Source: a virus (taxonomy: Duplodnaviria > Caudoviricetes). From it: a stretch of 55,027 bases of DNA. Below the pieces are notes generated by a model. It was not told the origin of the DNA. It searched no databases and saw only the letters and a program-made list of their open reading frames with translations. Of this stretch, positions 1 to 9,376 are shown one piece after another (within the stretch, counting starts at the first letter, position 1; each line of letters opens with the position of its first letter). The stretch is taken from positions 1 to 55,027 of the IMG/VR virus record IMGVR_UViG_3300020045_002782. One strand, 5' to 3'. Made by a program: the position numbers and the translations under genes.

Positions 1-5
1 TGGCA

Positions 6-629
6 ATGAATACCGTAGCTCCTACAACTGACCCAAGAAGCAGCACTTTTCCAAAGATTTATAATGGTGTAGGTATTACCTACACAACTACTAATGATAG
101 AGGTAATAGTGTTTCTGCCACGGTAGTCGGTGAAATGCTAGGGACTATTAGAGAAGTTTGTCCTGCTGTTTCAGCGCAAGAACTTGCAAATACTGCTTGT
201 TTGACTGCGACTAAGCTTCCTACTTTGCTAGGCACACCAGAAGAACAGAAAAGACGCGATCTTGTTAATAAGAAATGTGGGGTTTTTAATCCAGTAAATA
301 CTTTAATACAAGTTGTTCTACGTAACTGTGCGAAGGATTACATAACGTCTACGTGGTTGCCTGTATCTATAGGCTCATCCTGGTTAAACACAACTGTTTC
401 TAACGCTATGTTTGCGGCAATTGATACAGCTTGTGCAAATGCTGGTGGGAGTGTAGTTACGGATGCTGCCGGTATTGGTTCTTGTAGAAAAGAAAGAATT
501 GAGACAACTCCGTTTGGGGGCCAAAAAGTAGTTACCGACTACATACATGTGACTATTTATAGAGGTGAAGCTATTGGTTATTATGGGTTCTCTGGAACTC
601 CTGATGGATCTAATGCTAGATATTGGTAA
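6..629 (+). CDS. hypothetical protein, possibly 5'-truncated at the window edge
   Basis: 207-aa ORF, Thr/Gly/Cys-rich, no recognised motif. Confidence 0.6.
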   Translation: MNTVAPTTDPRSSTFPKIYNGVGITYTTTNDRGNSVSATVVGEMLGTIREVCPAVSAQELANTACLTATKLPTLLGTPEEQKRRDLVNKKCGVFNPVNTLIQVVLRNCAKDYITSTWLPVSIGSSWLNTTVSNAMFAAIDTACANAGGSVVTDAAGIGSCRKERIETTPFGGQKVVTDYIHVTIYRGEAIGYYGFSGTPDGSNARYW

Positions 630-638
630 TACTTCGTA

Positions 639-785
639 GCCATGGACGGCTTTATACTTTGGCATCCCTGGACTTTGCGGTTGTGCACGACTAGCAAATG
701 AAAAGGTCTGAAAATAACCGAGTAACATTAAACATTTATGCGAAAAGGTTTTTCTCGGTGATTGGTTCGATTCCAATCCATGCCA
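639..785 (+). ncRNA. tRNA-like structured RNA (not a canonical tRNA)
   Basis: Perfect T-arm ATTGG-TTCGATT-CCAAT (761-777) followed by CCATGCCA; acceptor-like pairing with GCCATGG (639-645) or GGCAT (661-665); internal hairpins 674-698 and 717-759; intergenic. Confidence 0.5.
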
Positions 786-816
786 CACCCATTTCTTAAA
801 TACATAAAGGTACATA

Positions 817-1125
817 ATGTCAAATACAAAAATTCTTGTTTCTACAAGGTATAATGAATACTTTGAAGTAAGTCCAGCACTATTACAAACTCTATTGGAT
901 TGTCCAGTATACATTCAGAGTTATGAATCTGGTTATAAATACAAACCTTCTACTGAAAAGTTAGATATTAATATAGTAGGACTGGAAGATTATGTCTCAA
1001 GTGATGTAGAGACTCTCAAGATAGAAGATATTCTTGCTGAGAATAATAGATTATCTCGTGAGATTGAAGCTTTAAAAACTAAGTTAGAGAAGATAGAACC
1101 TTCTACTGAACTTACAGTTCTTTAA
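817..1125 (+). CDS. hypothetical protein with C-terminal coiled coil
   Basis: AAGGT RBS upstream; 102 aa. Confidence 0.7.
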   Translation: MSNTKILVSTRYNEYFEVSPALLQTLLDCPVYIQSYESGYKYKPSTEKLDINIVGLEDYVSSDVETLKIEDILAENNRLSREIEALKTKLEKIEPSTELTVL

Positions 1126-1134
1126 TAATGCAAT

Positions 1135-2427
1135 ATGCTCGCAGAAGATCAAATAAAAGCAGTTAAAGATATAAAACAGTGGTGGGATTCTAGTAAAGCT
1201 TTTTATATACTTAATGGTGGGGCTGGTTATGGAAAAACCTATGTAGTAGATGAGGTTCTTAAAAATCTTTCAAGAGCTAAGCCTATCCTTCTAGCTCCAA
1301 CACATAAAGCACTTAGACAGCTTAGAGAAAAGACTCATAACCCTTATGACTTTAAAACAGTAGCTAGTGCTCTAGGTATCCGTCCAATAGACGAAGGAAA
1401 AGAACTAAAGTTCGAGCAAGTAAAACTTCCTAATTTTTGGGAAACTATAAACCTTGCTGTTATAGATGAAGCAGGTATGTTGAATGAGTATGTCCTAGAT
1501 ATACTCAAGCAACTCGGTATAAAGATACTGTATGTAGGGCATAAAAGTCAGCTTCCTCCTGTTGTCCGTAATAGAAGTATGTTTGATAAGTGTATATCAC
1601 CTGTATTTGAACAAGGATATGGGCAGAGTGATTTGTATATACCTAAAAGGAACTCTGGAGAACTTTGGGAATTTAATAAAATTCTTGAAAGTAAGATATA
1701 TTCAGAGAATATAGTTGTTCCAACTACATATGATATTTCCAGTAAAGACCTCTCTATATATATAAAAGATTCTTTAAACTTATTTAAATCCAATAGCCTT
1801 AAAATAGCTCTATGGACAAATGACGGTGTAACACGATATAATAACCGTGTTAGAGCTTTACTCTTTAATAATACCAGCCATAAGTATCTTCCAGAAGATT
1901 TAATAATTACTACTAACTCACTAGTAGCATTTAATGGGTTAGAGCATCTAAATGATAGACAAGTTATACGTCATGCTAAAGATGGTGTAGACATCTATAC
2001 AGATACAGATGGAGAGGTTATAAAAGTAGAGAATGTCACAGTAAAGTTTTGTAATGCTTTACATATACCATGTTATAAGTTGACAGTAAGGACTTCTATA
2101 GAAGGGATAATAACTCTTTACGAGATAATCTATAAGGATGACTATAAGAAGATAGCAGATCATTATGAACATATAGCGTGGGGTTTACGAAGTAAAGAAG
2201 CTAAAGATAAAGCTTATAGAGAACGTAGTTTACTTCTTAAATGCTTTGCACAGGTTAAGCATTTCTATGCTGCTACTAGTCATAGGCTTCAAGGAAGTTC
2301 TGTAGAGAATGTAATCACTATTGCAAGTGATATAAATAAAAATAGTAATAGAATCGAGAGAGCTAAATGTATGTATGTTGCTTGCAGTAGAGCTAGTAAA
2401 GAACTATTTGTTTATAAGGGGATATAG
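1135..2427 (+). CDS. SF1B DNA helicase (Dda/RecD-like)
   Basis: Walker A GGAGYGKT, LAPTHKA, Walker B IDEAGM, QLPPV, ATSHRLQGSS, YVACSRA. Confidence 0.9.
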   Translation: MLAEDQIKAVKDIKQWWDSSKAFYILNGGAGYGKTYVVDEVLKNLSRAKPILLAPTHKALRQLREKTHNPYDFKTVASALGIRPIDEGKELKFEQVKLPNFWETINLAVIDEAGMLNEYVLDILKQLGIKILYVGHKSQLPPVVRNRSMFDKCISPVFEQGYGQSDLYIPKRNSGELWEFNKILESKIYSENIVVPTTYDISSKDLSIYIKDSLNLFKSNSLKIALWTNDGVTRYNNRVRALLFNNTSHKYLPEDLIITTNSLVAFNGLEHLNDRQVIRHAKDGVDIYTDTDGEVIKVENVTVKFCNALHIPCYKLTVRTSIEGIITLYEIIYKDDYKKIADHYEHIAWGLRSKEAKDKAYRERSLLLKCFAQVKHFYAATSHRLQGSSVENVITIASDINKNSNRIERAKCMYVACSRASKELFVYKGI

Positions 2428-2429
2428 AT

Positions 2430-2693
2430 ATGTCTGGTGGTCATTTTAGTTATTATGCAGGTATAATATCTTCATTAGCGGGAGAAGTTGAAGAAGAATT
2501 AGATTCTGATTGGTTTCTTGAAGCGAATTTTTCTGTAGAGACTGTAGAATCTATAGAAGAATCTATAAAGCATTTAAGAGAATCTTATATAAGACTACAA
2601 AGGATAGATTGGTTATTTTCTGGAGATGATGGAGAAGAAACTTATCATAAAAGACTTCTAAAAGATTTAGAAAATTTAAACAAAGAAGTTTGA
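2430..2693 (+). CDS. hypothetical phage protein
   Basis: 87-aa ORF tightly packed in operon. Confidence 0.7.
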   Translation: MSGGHFSYYAGIISSLAGEVEEELDSDWFLEANFSVETVESIEESIKHLRESYIRLQRIDWLFSGDDGEETYHKRLLKDLENLNKEV

Positions 2694-2700
2694 GGCAGCT

Positions 2701-3105
2701 ATGGCATTTATAATACCATCTTCCTTAGAAGCTCCTAAAGAAGAACCTATCCAATATGTATCAGGCTACTCAGAGGAAGATGAATTTCGTATAAATCAAG
2801 AAAAACTTCTTATAGATAAGAGAGATTTATCTATAGAACCAGTTACACTAGAAGAGTTCAAAGATGTAATTGCACCTTGGTTTAGGATAAATAGAACAAA
2901 AGAGTTTGTTCTACACCCTGAGAAGATTAAAAAAGTACGAGTACCTAGAGAACCTAAAGTTAAAGTTCCTAGGGAACCTAAAGTTAAGAAACTTACTAAA
3001 GCACAAATTCAAAACAAATTACAAGGTCTTATTATGAAACTAGCTATAAGGCAAGAGTTTACAGAAGAAGAGACTGCTTTTTATAAGGAGCAAACAGGTG
3101 GATAA
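2701..3105 (+). CDS. hypothetical protein with basic VPREPKVK tandem repeat
   Basis: GAGG RBS; 134 aa. Confidence 0.7.
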   Translation: MAFIIPSSLEAPKEEPIQYVSGYSEEDEFRINQEKLLIDKRDLSIEPVTLEEFKDVIAPWFRINRTKEFVLHPEKIKKVRVPREPKVKVPREPKVKKLTKAQIQNKLQGLIMKLAIRQEFTEEETAFYKEQTGG

Positions 3106-3262
3106 TATTAGAGTATTTCCTATGCTTGGGGCAATCCTTTCAGGGTTACTTATATACTATTTAGATACTAGTCCAGCACTAGCTTTCATGATAGGTGCTG
3201 CTTTTGGAGCAAAGTTTGTATAATACTAATTTTAACTAATAATTTACATAAAGGTATATATT

Positions 3263-3484
3263 ATGAATAAACCTAATATAAAAAGTTTTACTGTTCCAGA
3301 ATCTAAGGAAAATTTTATCCCCTTAGAAATAATGCCGTATTATACAGTACCCTCTTTAGAAGAAACTGTGAAAAATCTATTATGTACTATAGACTCCCTT
3401 AGAAAAGATTTGGTGAATTGTAGAGATAGATTATCTAGGGAAAGTTCTTATAGAGATTCTACCATACACGATATGGGACAATAA
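3263..3484 (+). CDS. hypothetical protein
   Basis: AAGGT RBS; 73 aa. Confidence 0.6.
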   Translation: MNKPNIKSFTVPESKENFIPLEIMPYYTVPSLEETVKNLLCTIDSLRKDLVNCRDRLSRESSYRDSTIHDMGQ

Positions 3485-3489
3485 TTGTT

Positions 3490-4497
3490 ATGAATACTAT
3501 ACCAGTATTTTTTCCAGTAGCTCTTTCACCATCTATGATGGAATCAGTAGATAAATGTCATACATACTTTTTCAGAGAACATATACAACATCTATCAGGA
3601 TTTACCAAGAATCCTGACCTGATAGCTGGAGGACATGTAGCTAAAGCTTGTGAACTTGTACGTACAGGGTATTTCACACAAGGTCTTAATCCTTCAGATG
3701 CTATAGATCTAGGGTATGAATATATACTCTCAGCAGAAGATACAGGGGATTATCAAAAGTCTAATGAGAATGTAGCATTTTGCTTACGGAAGTATTTTCA
3801 AAAGTTTAAACTAGATGAAGCATTTCCACCATGTTCTTTAGCAGATGGAACACATGCTGTAGAGTATAAATTCGAATTCGATTTAGGTATACCTCACCCA
3901 GACCTGCCTAGTAGGAATATAACCTTTACAGGAAGATTAGATTATCTTTGTGAGAATGCTACAATACATGGGACTAGTAGGCATGGGTTAGATGAGAAGT
4001 CTTGTAAAAGTATCTTTAGACTTCCAGGAAGTAAAGTACCAGACTATGCTAAAGAGCTTGCAAAGTATAGAACAAATTCGCAAATACTTGCATATGCATG
4101 GGCTGCTAGAGAACTTGGTATAGATTTAAAATCTTTCTTTATTCGTAGAATACCTATAATGACAGATTTTGAACCTGCCTTTGAATTAGAAGTACCATTG
4201 ACAAAGTTTGCTATAGATAACTGGTACAGGAAAACATATAATTCAATACATAATCTTGTAGAGAACTATAAGATATATAAAGATTATATCCTCGGTACTG
4301 ATAGAGCTGCACAGGAAGTGTTTCCTCCAACTCTGCAAGAGACAGCTTGTCTATCTTATAGTAGACCTTGTAGATATGTTGAAGGATGTCTTTCCAAGGA
4401 TGGAGAGTATCTCCTGACTGAAAGATTCTCGCAACGTATCTACGATAGAGATAAAAGAATAGAAGTTTCTTTAGAGGACTATTTGAGGACACTATGA
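3490..4497 (+). CDS. PD-(D/E)xK exonuclease, Cas4/RecB-like, probable Fe-S staple
   Basis: LSPS..C N-terminus, GRLDYL..DEKS, Q..AYAWA, C-terminal C-x6-C-x5-C. Confidence 0.8.
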   Translation: MNTIPVFFPVALSPSMMESVDKCHTYFFREHIQHLSGFTKNPDLIAGGHVAKACELVRTGYFTQGLNPSDAIDLGYEYILSAEDTGDYQKSNENVAFCLRKYFQKFKLDEAFPPCSLADGTHAVEYKFEFDLGIPHPDLPSRNITFTGRLDYLCENATIHGTSRHGLDEKSCKSIFRLPGSKVPDYAKELAKYRTNSQILAYAWAARELGIDLKSFFIRRIPIMTDFEPAFELEVPLTKFAIDNWYRKTYNSIHNLVENYKIYKDYILGTDRAAQEVFPPTLQETACLSYSRPCRYVEGCLSKDGEYLLTERFSQRIYDRDKRIEVSLEDYLRTL

Positions 4498-4769
4498 TTA
4501 TAGACATATCACATAACCTTAGAAGGTTAAAAGTTAAATCCGATAGGGATGAAAGTATAAAATACTTTCTCTTACAGAATAAGTATGAGATAGACCTCTA
4601 TAATACTTTCAGTTATAAACTTTCAATAGAAAATTGCTCTACACACATAATGTTGTACACAAGTACATTGAAAATATATACACTTGAATTCGGCACTAGG
4701 TCATTTACTACATTAAGTGAATTACATACATTATTAAAGGAAATTGAAGAACATGAGCGAAGCAAATAA
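4494..4769 (+). CDS. hypothetical protein
   Basis: ATGA overlap with upstream gene. Confidence 0.6.
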   Translation: MIIDISHNLRRLKVKSDRDESIKYFLLQNKYEIDLYNTFSYKLSIENCSTHIMLYTSTLKIYTLEFGTRSFTTLSELHTLLKEIEEHERSK

Positions 4770-5655
4770 ACCTATATTAGATAGTGAATTCCCTATAGTA
4801 GCTGATAAAGTTATGTTATTTGCTTCTGGAGGTAAAGGTAAATCCTTTGCTGTAGCATCAGCTCTTAAAGATGCTCCGGAAGATCGTAGACTTATATATA
4901 TAATGACAGAACGTAATGCTGCTAGTGGTCTTGAAAGAGGACTTGCTTATTACGGTGTAACCGTAGAACCTGGGCAGCTTATATATGTATTCCCTAAGAA
5001 GAAAGAGAAGGCTTTCACAAACCTTAAACGTGCTGTAGATGCTTATGCTAAACAAACTAAGTCTGTAGCTCTTCAGGGTAATAAGGATTCCACTATGAAT
5101 AAAGAAAGTTATACTTTCCTACAAAGTATACTTGGAGCTTTCGAATCTTTCGAAGGTGTAGATTATGTTACTAGGGAGAAGGTTTCTATAGGAAATGTTG
5201 GTAATCTCGATTCATCAGATATACTTGTAGTAGATGGATTATCGCCGATAACACATGAAGTGTGGAATACTATTGTAGGTGATAAGATTGCTATTAGTAT
5301 GAATGACTATATGCCTGTACAGCATGTTATCTATAGCCTTATGGCAAATCTAGCTTCCTTAGAATGTAACCTAATACTTCTAGCACATGAGAAAGAGATT
5401 ACAGATGATAAAGGAACTGTTCTACAGGTAGTTCCAGACTTCGGTTGTGGTCATGCTATTATGCATAAGCTTATGGGATGTTTTACAGACATCATACATG
5501 CATATACATTTGGTAAAGACTATAGATGGGAAGGGCATAGAGATAAAGTCTCTTGTGTTGCAAGAGTTATCCCTAGAGAAACTAATCTATTACCAGATTT
5601 TAGTTTATATAACTTCTTTGGTAATGTTGGTACGTACGTTGAGAAAGCAAAATAG
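4753..5655 (+). CDS. Sak4-like / AAA_24 P-loop ATPase (ssDNA annealing)
   Basis: ASGGKGKS, LVVDGLS, ILLAHEK; sits between exonuclease and SSB-like gene; ATG at 4753 preferred over the track start 4744. Confidence 0.75.
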   Translation: MSEANKPILDSEFPIVADKVMLFASGGKGKSFAVASALKDAPEDRRLIYIMTERNAASGLERGLAYYGVTVEPGQLIYVFPKKKEKAFTNLKRAVDAYAKQTKSVALQGNKDSTMNKESYTFLQSILGAFESFEGVDYVTREKVSIGNVGNLDSSDILVVDGLSPITHEVWNTIVGDKIAISMNDYMPVQHVIYSLMANLASLECNLILLAHEKEITDDKGTVLQVVPDFGCGHAIMHKLMGCFTDIIHAYTFGKDYRWEGHRDKVSCVARVIPRETNLLPDFSLYNFFGNVGTYVEKAK

Positions 5656-5705
5656 GAGAAATATTAAATATATATAATGTAATTGTCGAAATAAAGAAAT
5701 AATTT

Positions 5706-5726
5706 AATCTATAATCTATAATCTAT
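5706..5726 (+). repeat. 3x AATCTAT tandem repeat in leader of the SSB-like gene
   Basis: aatctataatctataatctat read directly. Confidence 0.9.
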
Positions 5727-5742
5727 AACAGGTAAATATAAC

Positions 5743-6492
5743 ATGGCAAGAAATTCAAACACAGCAGAAGCAGCAACAACTACATCAACTACATCTAAAC
5801 GTAAGTTTGGTGTATCTACAGCTAACGTACCTACAGCAGCTCCTACTATTCCAGATGGAATCTATAAAGGAAACCTTAAAGCTGTAAAAGCAGATGCTGC
5901 TGATAAACAAATGGCTAAATGGCAAGAAGTAGAAGATTTACAGCTATTTGATGTAATCGAGGTTATTACTGGTAGGAAGGATGCACGTGTTAAAACAGGT
6001 ACATATACTATAGTTGGGGCGCTTACATACGCAGTAGAACTTCCTAATGTTCCAGGAGAGCAAGACCTTCCTATGGATACTATGACTATTTTCAATGGTC
6101 GTTGTAATATTCATTTTTCACAAGATGATGAAGGTAATTGGAACTTAGACCCAAGTGTCAATGACTTCGGTGTTGTGAACAGAACTTGGAAGTCTTTACA
6201 AAAAGCTGTAGGGTTGACTGATGATGATATTAATGAAATCTTAGGAGCTACTCCTTTTGATGAAGATGCTGAAATCACAGTACCTGAAAGACTAGAGAAT
6301 TGCCCTAATGCACATGATATGCTACAAGCATGTAGCTTCTACAAAAGTTTCTTTAGTCTAGTGGCTGAGAGAATGAATGGTGTAGAAGTTAAGGTAAACA
6401 TTGCTCGTAGAAATAGAGGTGATGATGGTGACATGGTTAATGAAATCAATACAGGTAACTTTAATAGTTCTTGTGGTATCTTACCAGCGTAA
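5743..6492 (+). CDS. putative ssDNA-binding protein (DUF669-like)
   Basis: IPDGIY motif, acidic, follows Sak4-like gene; AGGT RBS. Confidence 0.55.
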   Translation: MARNSNTAEAATTTSTTSKRKFGVSTANVPTAAPTIPDGIYKGNLKAVKADAADKQMAKWQEVEDLQLFDVIEVITGRKDARVKTGTYTIVGALTYAVELPNVPGEQDLPMDTMTIFNGRCNIHFSQDDEGNWNLDPSVNDFGVVNRTWKSLQKAVGLTDDDINEILGATPFDEDAEITVPERLENCPNAHDMLQACSFYKSFFSLVAERMNGVEVKVNIARRNRGDDGDMVNEINTGNFNSSCGILPA

Positions 6493-6555
6493 ATCCTTTC
6501 AGTAGGGATAATTGCCAAGGATGGCTTTACCATATATATATCATATACCATATCT

Positions 6556-7431
6556 ATGAAATACATAGCAATACTTTTATTCTTCTTTTGTTCAACAATC
6601 TATGCGGATAGTGATGTTACTAATAGTAACAATACTAATACCAGTACACAATCTAATGAGATAACTCATAATGATACGTATGATGACCATAGCTCTAATA
6701 CTGATAGTAGCTCTACTGTGGACAGCTCTACAGATAATTCTGTGGGTTCTCATATCACTACTGATAGCAATAATCAAGCTAATCAATCTTATCAAACAAT
6801 AACTAATACTAATACAGAAGGAGATTTAGAAAAATCAAAAAATACAAATTCATTTAATGAAAATGTAGGGAATACTACTGCTTCAAATGTATCACAAACT
6901 ACTACAGGTGGTACTGGTACTGGTTATGCAAATTCTACAAGCGGTTCTACAGTACGAACTGGTTCTGTAACTACAGGTGGAACATATATATCTAACAATC
7001 AAAGATATACAACTGCTACACAAGCACCTAACTTAACTATGTTAGTAGGTATGATTTCACATAATGCTAATATGTGTATGTATCAAGCAGGTGGTTCAGC
7101 TTCTGGTTCTAACGGTATGGCAGCAGGTGGGTTTAGCTTACTTCTAGGTTTTGATAGTGATAACTGTGAAATGTGGCAGAGAGCTAATTTTCTTATATCT
7201 ATGAATCAATATGTAGGTGCATGTATATTACTATCTAAATTCGATAAAGAGAATAGAGATGGGTTATTTGCAGATACTATTAATGAAATTGGAGGATGCA
7301 GAATATTTATACCGCTTGTCATAAGACAACCTGTTTCTGTAAATGTTGTACCTAATTCTTATTGGAAAAAAGCAGAAAAGAAATTAGATGCTCAGTTGAA
7401 TGAGTTACATAAACATAATATGGTTAAATAA
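6556..7431 (+). CDS. exported protein: signal peptide, Thr/Ser/Asn-rich stalk, Cys-containing C-terminal domain
   Basis: MKYIAILLFFFCSTIYA signal-like N-terminus; low-complexity aa ~18-155. Confidence 0.7.
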   Translation: MKYIAILLFFFCSTIYADSDVTNSNNTNTSTQSNEITHNDTYDDHSSNTDSSSTVDSSTDNSVGSHITTDSNNQANQSYQTITNTNTEGDLEKSKNTNSFNENVGNTTASNVSQTTTGGTGTGYANSTSGSTVRTGSVTTGGTYISNNQRYTTATQAPNLTMLVGMISHNANMCMYQAGGSASGSNGMAAGGFSLLLGFDSDNCEMWQRANFLISMNQYVGACILLSKFDKENRDGLFADTINEIGGCRIFIPLVIRQPVSVNVVPNSYWKKAEKKLDAQLNELHKHNMVK

Positions 7432-7432
7432 T

Positions 7433-9376
7433 ATGATTACCAGAACTATACCTATCCGACAAAAAGATGTAATGATTATCAATGATGTCCCTGTAAAGAA
7501 GGAGATAGAATTAGAAGAGAAGTTCTCTGCTATAAGTAATCTTAATATGCTTACAGCTTTTAGAAAAGGAAAACTTGATACGTATAGTTCTGAACAAAGT
7601 TCCCTTCCAGGGATTACACATAAGGATATATATACTACGTATTTAGATTACACATATTATGGTGAACCTGAGCTTGAGAATAACTTCGACTTTAATAAGG
7701 AATTCAAGAAGAGAAAAGAGCTTACAGATATAGAAGGAGATTTATATTATATAGAAGCAGAGCAGTCTACAAGATTCCATAAAGTAGAACATCAAAAAGA
7801 CATCTATATCTCTGATAGATTGTATAAAGAACTTCTTTCTCTTATAGATGAAATAAATGCATGTTCTCCAAAGATAATAATCGTTACAGGTAAATGGGCT
7901 TTATTCCTTCTAACAGGTTGTGCTAGTTATACTGCTAATGCAAGCACAGCTAAACTTAGGAAACCTTTAGGAGCACTTGCAAAGTTTAGATCCTCTATTC
8001 TTCAGATAGACTCATCTTGGAATATACAACATGAATGTATACTCATGCCTATATACCATCCTGTAAATGCTTTATCTATGCCGGACAAAGCGTATATAAT
8101 GGACATGGACATACAAAAAATATGCTATATGTTCAAAGATATAAGTGAGAGAGGTGTAGAGGTATACATAAAACCAGATAAAACATATATAATAGGTGAT
8201 ACTAAAGAGAAAGTATTTAGTTACTTAGATGAAATCCTATCTATCTGTGAAACTAGGGAGGTACTCGTCTCAATAGATATCGAAACATTCTTTTCGTCCA
8301 CTATAGATTGTATAGGGCTTGCTTACGAAATAAATAGAGGTATATGTATACCTTTTGCTTCTAACGGTATTCCATCTATATGGAGCCTAGAGGATGAAAT
8401 AGAGATACTCTTAAAGCTTCGCGAAGTTCTACTTCACAAAAATTGTCTACATATAGGTCAGAACTATCAATATGATTGTCAATATTATTTAAAGCTTTGG
8501 GGTATCTATGTAGAGCCAACGCATGATACTATGGTGTTGCACCATATATTATATAATAAATACCCTAAAGACCTTGCATTCTTAGCTTCATTGTATTGTG
8601 AGACATATTCATACTGGAAGGGAGAAATTGACGGTACAAAAGAGAATCCAGAAACCCGTTGGATATACAATGCCAAGGACTGTTGTTATACACTTGAAGT
8701 TCTATATAATCTACTAGACATACTAGCCGCGACAGAAGATGAACCTTTGCAGGAACTATACTCATTCCAAATGAATGAACTACACCCTCAACTTGTACGT
8801 ACAATGAACAGAGGTGTTAAAGTAGATAAAGAAATGAAAGACTCTTTACGGGATTTCTTTAACGAAATGTTAGAGCAAATACCTGCTAAGATAAATGACC
8901 TCCTAGGTTTTGAATTTAATTCAAACAGTACACAACAGAAAAAGAAGCTATTCAAAGAATACTTCGGTATAGAGCTTAAGACAAATAAAAAGAAAGGTGT
9001 AGGACATGTAGAAACATGTGATGCTAAAGCTATGCTTGCATACATGGAGGAATATCCACAACTTAAACCTTTCCTAAGTGTTCTACTAGAATACTCTGCA
9101 CTCAGTAAGTTTACTTCTACATTTCTAGGAATGAAGCTAGATGATGATGATAGAGCTAGAACTCAGTATAGGATAGCTGGTACAGCATTTGGTCGTTTGG
9201 CTAGTACAAAGAATGTATGGGGTAAAGGTGGTAATTTTCAAAACCTTCCAGAGAAAGGTAAAGTGCAAGTGTATTACTTGTTACAGCTTTTAGAAGGTTT
9301 TGCTGGAGAAACTGATACTAGTGAAGCACTTGAATTTATAGAATCTATTGAGAATACTGCGTATGATTACGAATAA
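7433..9376 (+). CDS. polA: DNA polymerase family A, N-terminal part (UDG-like domain + 3'-5' exonuclease + thumb)
   Basis: PKIIIVTGKWA and IYHP (UDG-like); SIDIET, GQNYQYD, YNAKD (Exo I-III); GRLAS..GNFQNLP; ATG at 7433 preferred over 7400. Confidence 0.9.
   Translation: MITRTIPIRQKDVMIINDVPVKKEIELEEKFSAISNLNMLTAFRKGKLDTYSSEQSSLPGITHKDIYTTYLDYTYYGEPELENNFDFNKEFKKRKELTDIEGDLYYIEAEQSTRFHKVEHQKDIYISDRLYKELLSLIDEINACSPKIIIVTGKWALFLLTGCASYTANASTAKLRKPLGALAKFRSSILQIDSSWNIQHECILMPIYHPVNALSMPDKAYIMDMDIQKICYMFKDISERGVEVYIKPDKTYIIGDTKEKVFSYLDEILSICETREVLVSIDIETFFSSTIDCIGLAYEINRGICIPFASNGIPSIWSLEDEIEILLKLREVLLHKNCLHIGQNYQYDCQYYLKLWGIYVEPTHDTMVLHHILYNKYPKDLAFLASLYCETYSYWKGEIDGTKENPETRWIYNAKDCCYTLEVLYNLLDILAATEDEPLQELYSFQMNELHPQLVRTMNRGVKVDKEMKDSLRDFFNEMLEQIPAKINDLLGFEFNSNSTQQKKKLFKEYFGIELKTNKKKGVGHVETCDAKAMLAYMEEYPQLKPFLSVLLEYSALSKFTSTFLGMKLDDDDRARTQYRIAGTAFGRLASTKNVWGKGGNFQNLPEKGKVQVYYLLQLLEGFAGETDTSEALEFIESIENTAYDYE

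Noticed and set aside
639-789. Canonical tRNA or amber suppressor
   Set aside because: No D-arm and no 7-nt anticodon loop with U33; the CTA at 691 lies in a stem/bulge; length is about twice a tRNA
384-914. 176-aa minus-strand ORF and the other short antisense ORFs in the track
   Set aside because: They overlap well-supported genes or the structured RNA on the other strand, lack RBSs and read as shadow frames
3490-4497. Cas4 as part of a CRISPR system
   Set aside because: No other cas genes or array; the exonuclease-Sak4-SSB context indicates recombination
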